Source: Bacteroidales bacterium (GTDB taxonomy: Bacteria > Bacteroidota > Bacteroidia > Bacteroidales > FEN-979). From it: DNA of 64,000 bases. The position numbers were made by a program, and so were the translations under genes. Below the pieces are notes generated by a model. The model did no database searches. It saw only the letters and a program-made list of their open reading frames with translations, and was not told the origin of the DNA. Shown here piece by piece: positions 62,332 through 64,000 of this stretch; position 1 is the stretch's first letter; the number at the start of each line of letters is the position of its first letter. Location: the NCBI GenBank assembly GCA_049317265.1, contig JBMOIP010000007.1, forward strand, positions 2,663 to 66,662, given 5' to 3'.

Positions 62332-63669
62332 TTAATGAACAACCACCTTTACCAGGCGTGGGTTGGTGCCGTTCCCGATTTTCACCAGGTAGGTTCCATT
62401 GGCCAGACTTGACAAATCAACATCAACCATGGTTTTCCTGCTGGTATAGCAACCATTGTAAACCTTTTCCCCATTTGCATTGTATACATCCACGGACGTG
62501 ATCGGAAACTCACTTTCGATGGAAATAACTTCGTGTCCCGGGTTGGGATAGACCTTCACGCTCTCATCCTGCTTTGAAATTTCATCCATCCCGACGATGG
62601 TGTGAAAATAGTTGTAGGTGCTGTCGCTGTATAGCACCGTCATACCGGGATTTCCCCACTGGGTGTAGACACTGCTCAGGGTGAAATTGCTGGTATCATA
62701 AGAAAAATCCGATTGGGAGGAGTTGTCCCAGGTACCGCTATTCCAATTCTGTGTCAGGATGAGGACCAGGTTTAATTCAGAATCATAGGTGTTAAAATAC
62801 CGCCAGGCATCGGTCCATTCACTACCGCTCCAGCTTTTTATCAGACAACCCGAGATATTATTGCCTGCATCATACGAATAGTTGTATAAGGTTGAATTTT
62901 CCCAGGATATGCCGTTCCAGTTCTGTTCAAAGCAGGTGAGCAGGTTATTCCCGGCATCATAGGTGCAGGCAGACTGCCAGGAATTTTCCCATGCGCTGCC
63001 ATTCCAGGTTTCACTGGAGGACCCTGTCATGTTGTTGTTCACATCATATGTATAGATGGCCTTCGAGGAATTCTCCCAATTGCTGCCGGTCCATACCCTG
63101 GCCTCTTCACCCGTAAGATTGAAATTGTTGTCATAGAAGTAGGCATTCTTCCAAGAATTATCCCAGGAGGAACCATTCCAGGTTAGCCCCGAATCAAGCT
63201 GCAGGTGATTGCTGCCACCATAAAAACCTGCATATTTCGAGGAATTCTCCCAGGCATTGGCATTCCAAACCTGGTCTGTCTGGTCGATGAGGTGATCGCC
63301 GGCATCATAAACGGCATTAAACCGGGATGCATTTTCCCAGTTTCCACCGGTAGAATTCTCAACAATAGCATGGATAAGGTTATGGCGCAGATCATAATTC
63401 ATATCCGTGGTTTTAGACTGAACGATCCATTGCATCAGGACTGTATCCCATTGCCACCTGTAAATGCTGTCATGAAGGGGTATTAAGGATGGTTGATCCT
63501 TAACCGCACTCCCTTTTATCACACTTACAGGTATTGCCGGCAGCCTGTTCCGAAGATGGCCAGTAAGCGGTCTGTATTGAGAAAAAGAACTGAATGACAG
63601 CACAATAAGCCCAATAAATAACACTGTCTTTAAACCTGGGAGGTTTGGATTATTTGAAAAGCCGTCCAT
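62332..63669 (-). CDS. repeat protein with T9SS C-terminal sorting domain
   Basis: About ten degenerate W(E/D)NS....Y.YD..NNL repeats. C-terminus VYPNPGHEVISI...GTYLVKI. Confidence 0.65.
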   Translation of the reverse strand: MDGFSNNPNLPGLKTVLFIGLIVLSFSSFSQYRPLTGHLRNRLPAIPVSVIKGSAVKDQPSLIPLHDSIYRWQWDTVLMQWIVQSKTTDMNYDLRHNLIHAIVENSTGGNWENASRFNAVYDAGDHLIDQTDQVWNANAWENSSKYAGFYGGSNHLQLDSGLTWNGSSWDNSWKNAYFYDNNFNLTGEEARVWTGSNWENSSKAIYTYDVNNNMTGSSSETWNGSAWENSWQSACTYDAGNNLLTCFEQNWNGISWENSTLYNYSYDAGNNISGCLIKSWSGSEWTDAWRYFNTYDSELNLVLILTQNWNSGTWDNSSQSDFSYDTSNFTLSSVYTQWGNPGMTVLYSDSTYNYFHTIVGMDEISKQDESVKVYPNPGHEVISIESEFPITSVDVYNANGEKVYNGCYTSRKTMVDVDLSSLANGTYLVKIGNGTNPRLVKVVVH

Positions 63670-63940
63670 TGCTTCGATTAAAACCGATTATTGTAAAATA
63701 AGGATATTGATTGGCTGAACAAGCATGAAACTGTTCAATAAGGGCAATATCTGTAACACATTTCCTATCTATATTATAACAAAGGTAGAAATATTTTATT
63801 CAACAACAACCTTTTGTGAATAATATCACAAACGATATGTAAAAAACCCAACAGTTTAACTCTTCAAAACGGATCACCGGCAGCCAGCCTTTCACATTTT
63901 TTTTTGTACCTTTACAACCTAATCCAAAACTCCGTACGCT

Positions 63941-64000
63941 ATGAGAACCATGACCCTGTTTGCCATTTTTTTTCTTTTTGTTATGTCGGGCAAAGCCCAA
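63941..64000 (+). CDS. 5' end of a secreted protein, truncated by window edge
   Basis: Signal-like MRTMTLFAIFFLFVMSGKAQ, preceded by the -7-like box TACCTTTA (63907-63914). Only 20 codons are visible. Confidence 0.4.
   Translation, partial: MRTMTLFAIFFLFVMSGKAQ

Noticed and set aside
63724-63786. TGTAACAC at 63752-63759 with an upstream ATGAAAC.
   Set aside because: The hexamer spacing is 26 bp rather than 21. There is no TGTGAAT box and no TTTG at +23. The downstream plus-strand gene has its own TACCTTTA box at 63907.
1-64000. Looked for tRNA, rRNA, riboswitch-like leaders (e.g. a Mn riboswitch before the NRAMP gene), integrase, transposase or defence genes.
   Set aside because: No cloverleaf-like or rRNA-like sequence occurs in any gene-free gap. 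The NRAMP gene overlaps the stop of its upstream ORF (ATGA) and so has no leader. No recombinase or defence-type ORF is present.

Overview
This is a Bacteroidota-type chromosomal segment: four proteins end in T9SS C-terminal sorting domains, and -7 boxes are of the TAnnTTTG type. The left flank holds a truncated CcoI-like ATPase, a visibly AT-rich orphan-gene islet, cydAB, and two co-directional PAS/hybrid histidine kinases (one of 1883 aa).

The dominant feature is a 44-kb block (12.2-56.1 kb). In it, 13 consecutive transcription units are each preceded by the same fixed-geometry 67-bp module, TGTGTGAAT(G/C)ATGTAAC-N13-T(G/A)TGTAACAC-N23-TTTG, always pointing at the downstream gene.

The genes behind the module are envelope and stress types:
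- CsbD, YtxH, an lmo0937-like sORF, UspA, YceI and CbpA/CbpM
- two OmpA-family proteins
- an Mla-like ABC system, and a MacAB-like exporter with DUF748 and PAP2 proteins
- NRAMP-family and P-type cation transporters
- a GH130+GT4 pair
- two tandem double-DUF3494 (ice-binding-like) T9SS cargo proteins
- an AraC-HK-RR operon

I interpret the module as an activator-dependent or alternative-sigma-dependent promoter of an undescribed stress/envelope regulon. Two small AraC paralogs in the window are candidate regulators.

Also present:
- a GTGAAA-N4-TTTCAC palindrome at 4 of the modules
- a family of CTCTGTG/CACAGAG hairpin repeats between units
- a MITE-like insertion (terminal inverted repeats plus a 9-bp duplication) splitting the mla genes
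- two frame breaks at A-runs
- in-frame 51-bp and 63-bp tandem repeats
- two sub-60-aa ORFs missing from the track

I saw no rRNA, tRNA or CRISPR. All family names are from reading the translations, not from searches.
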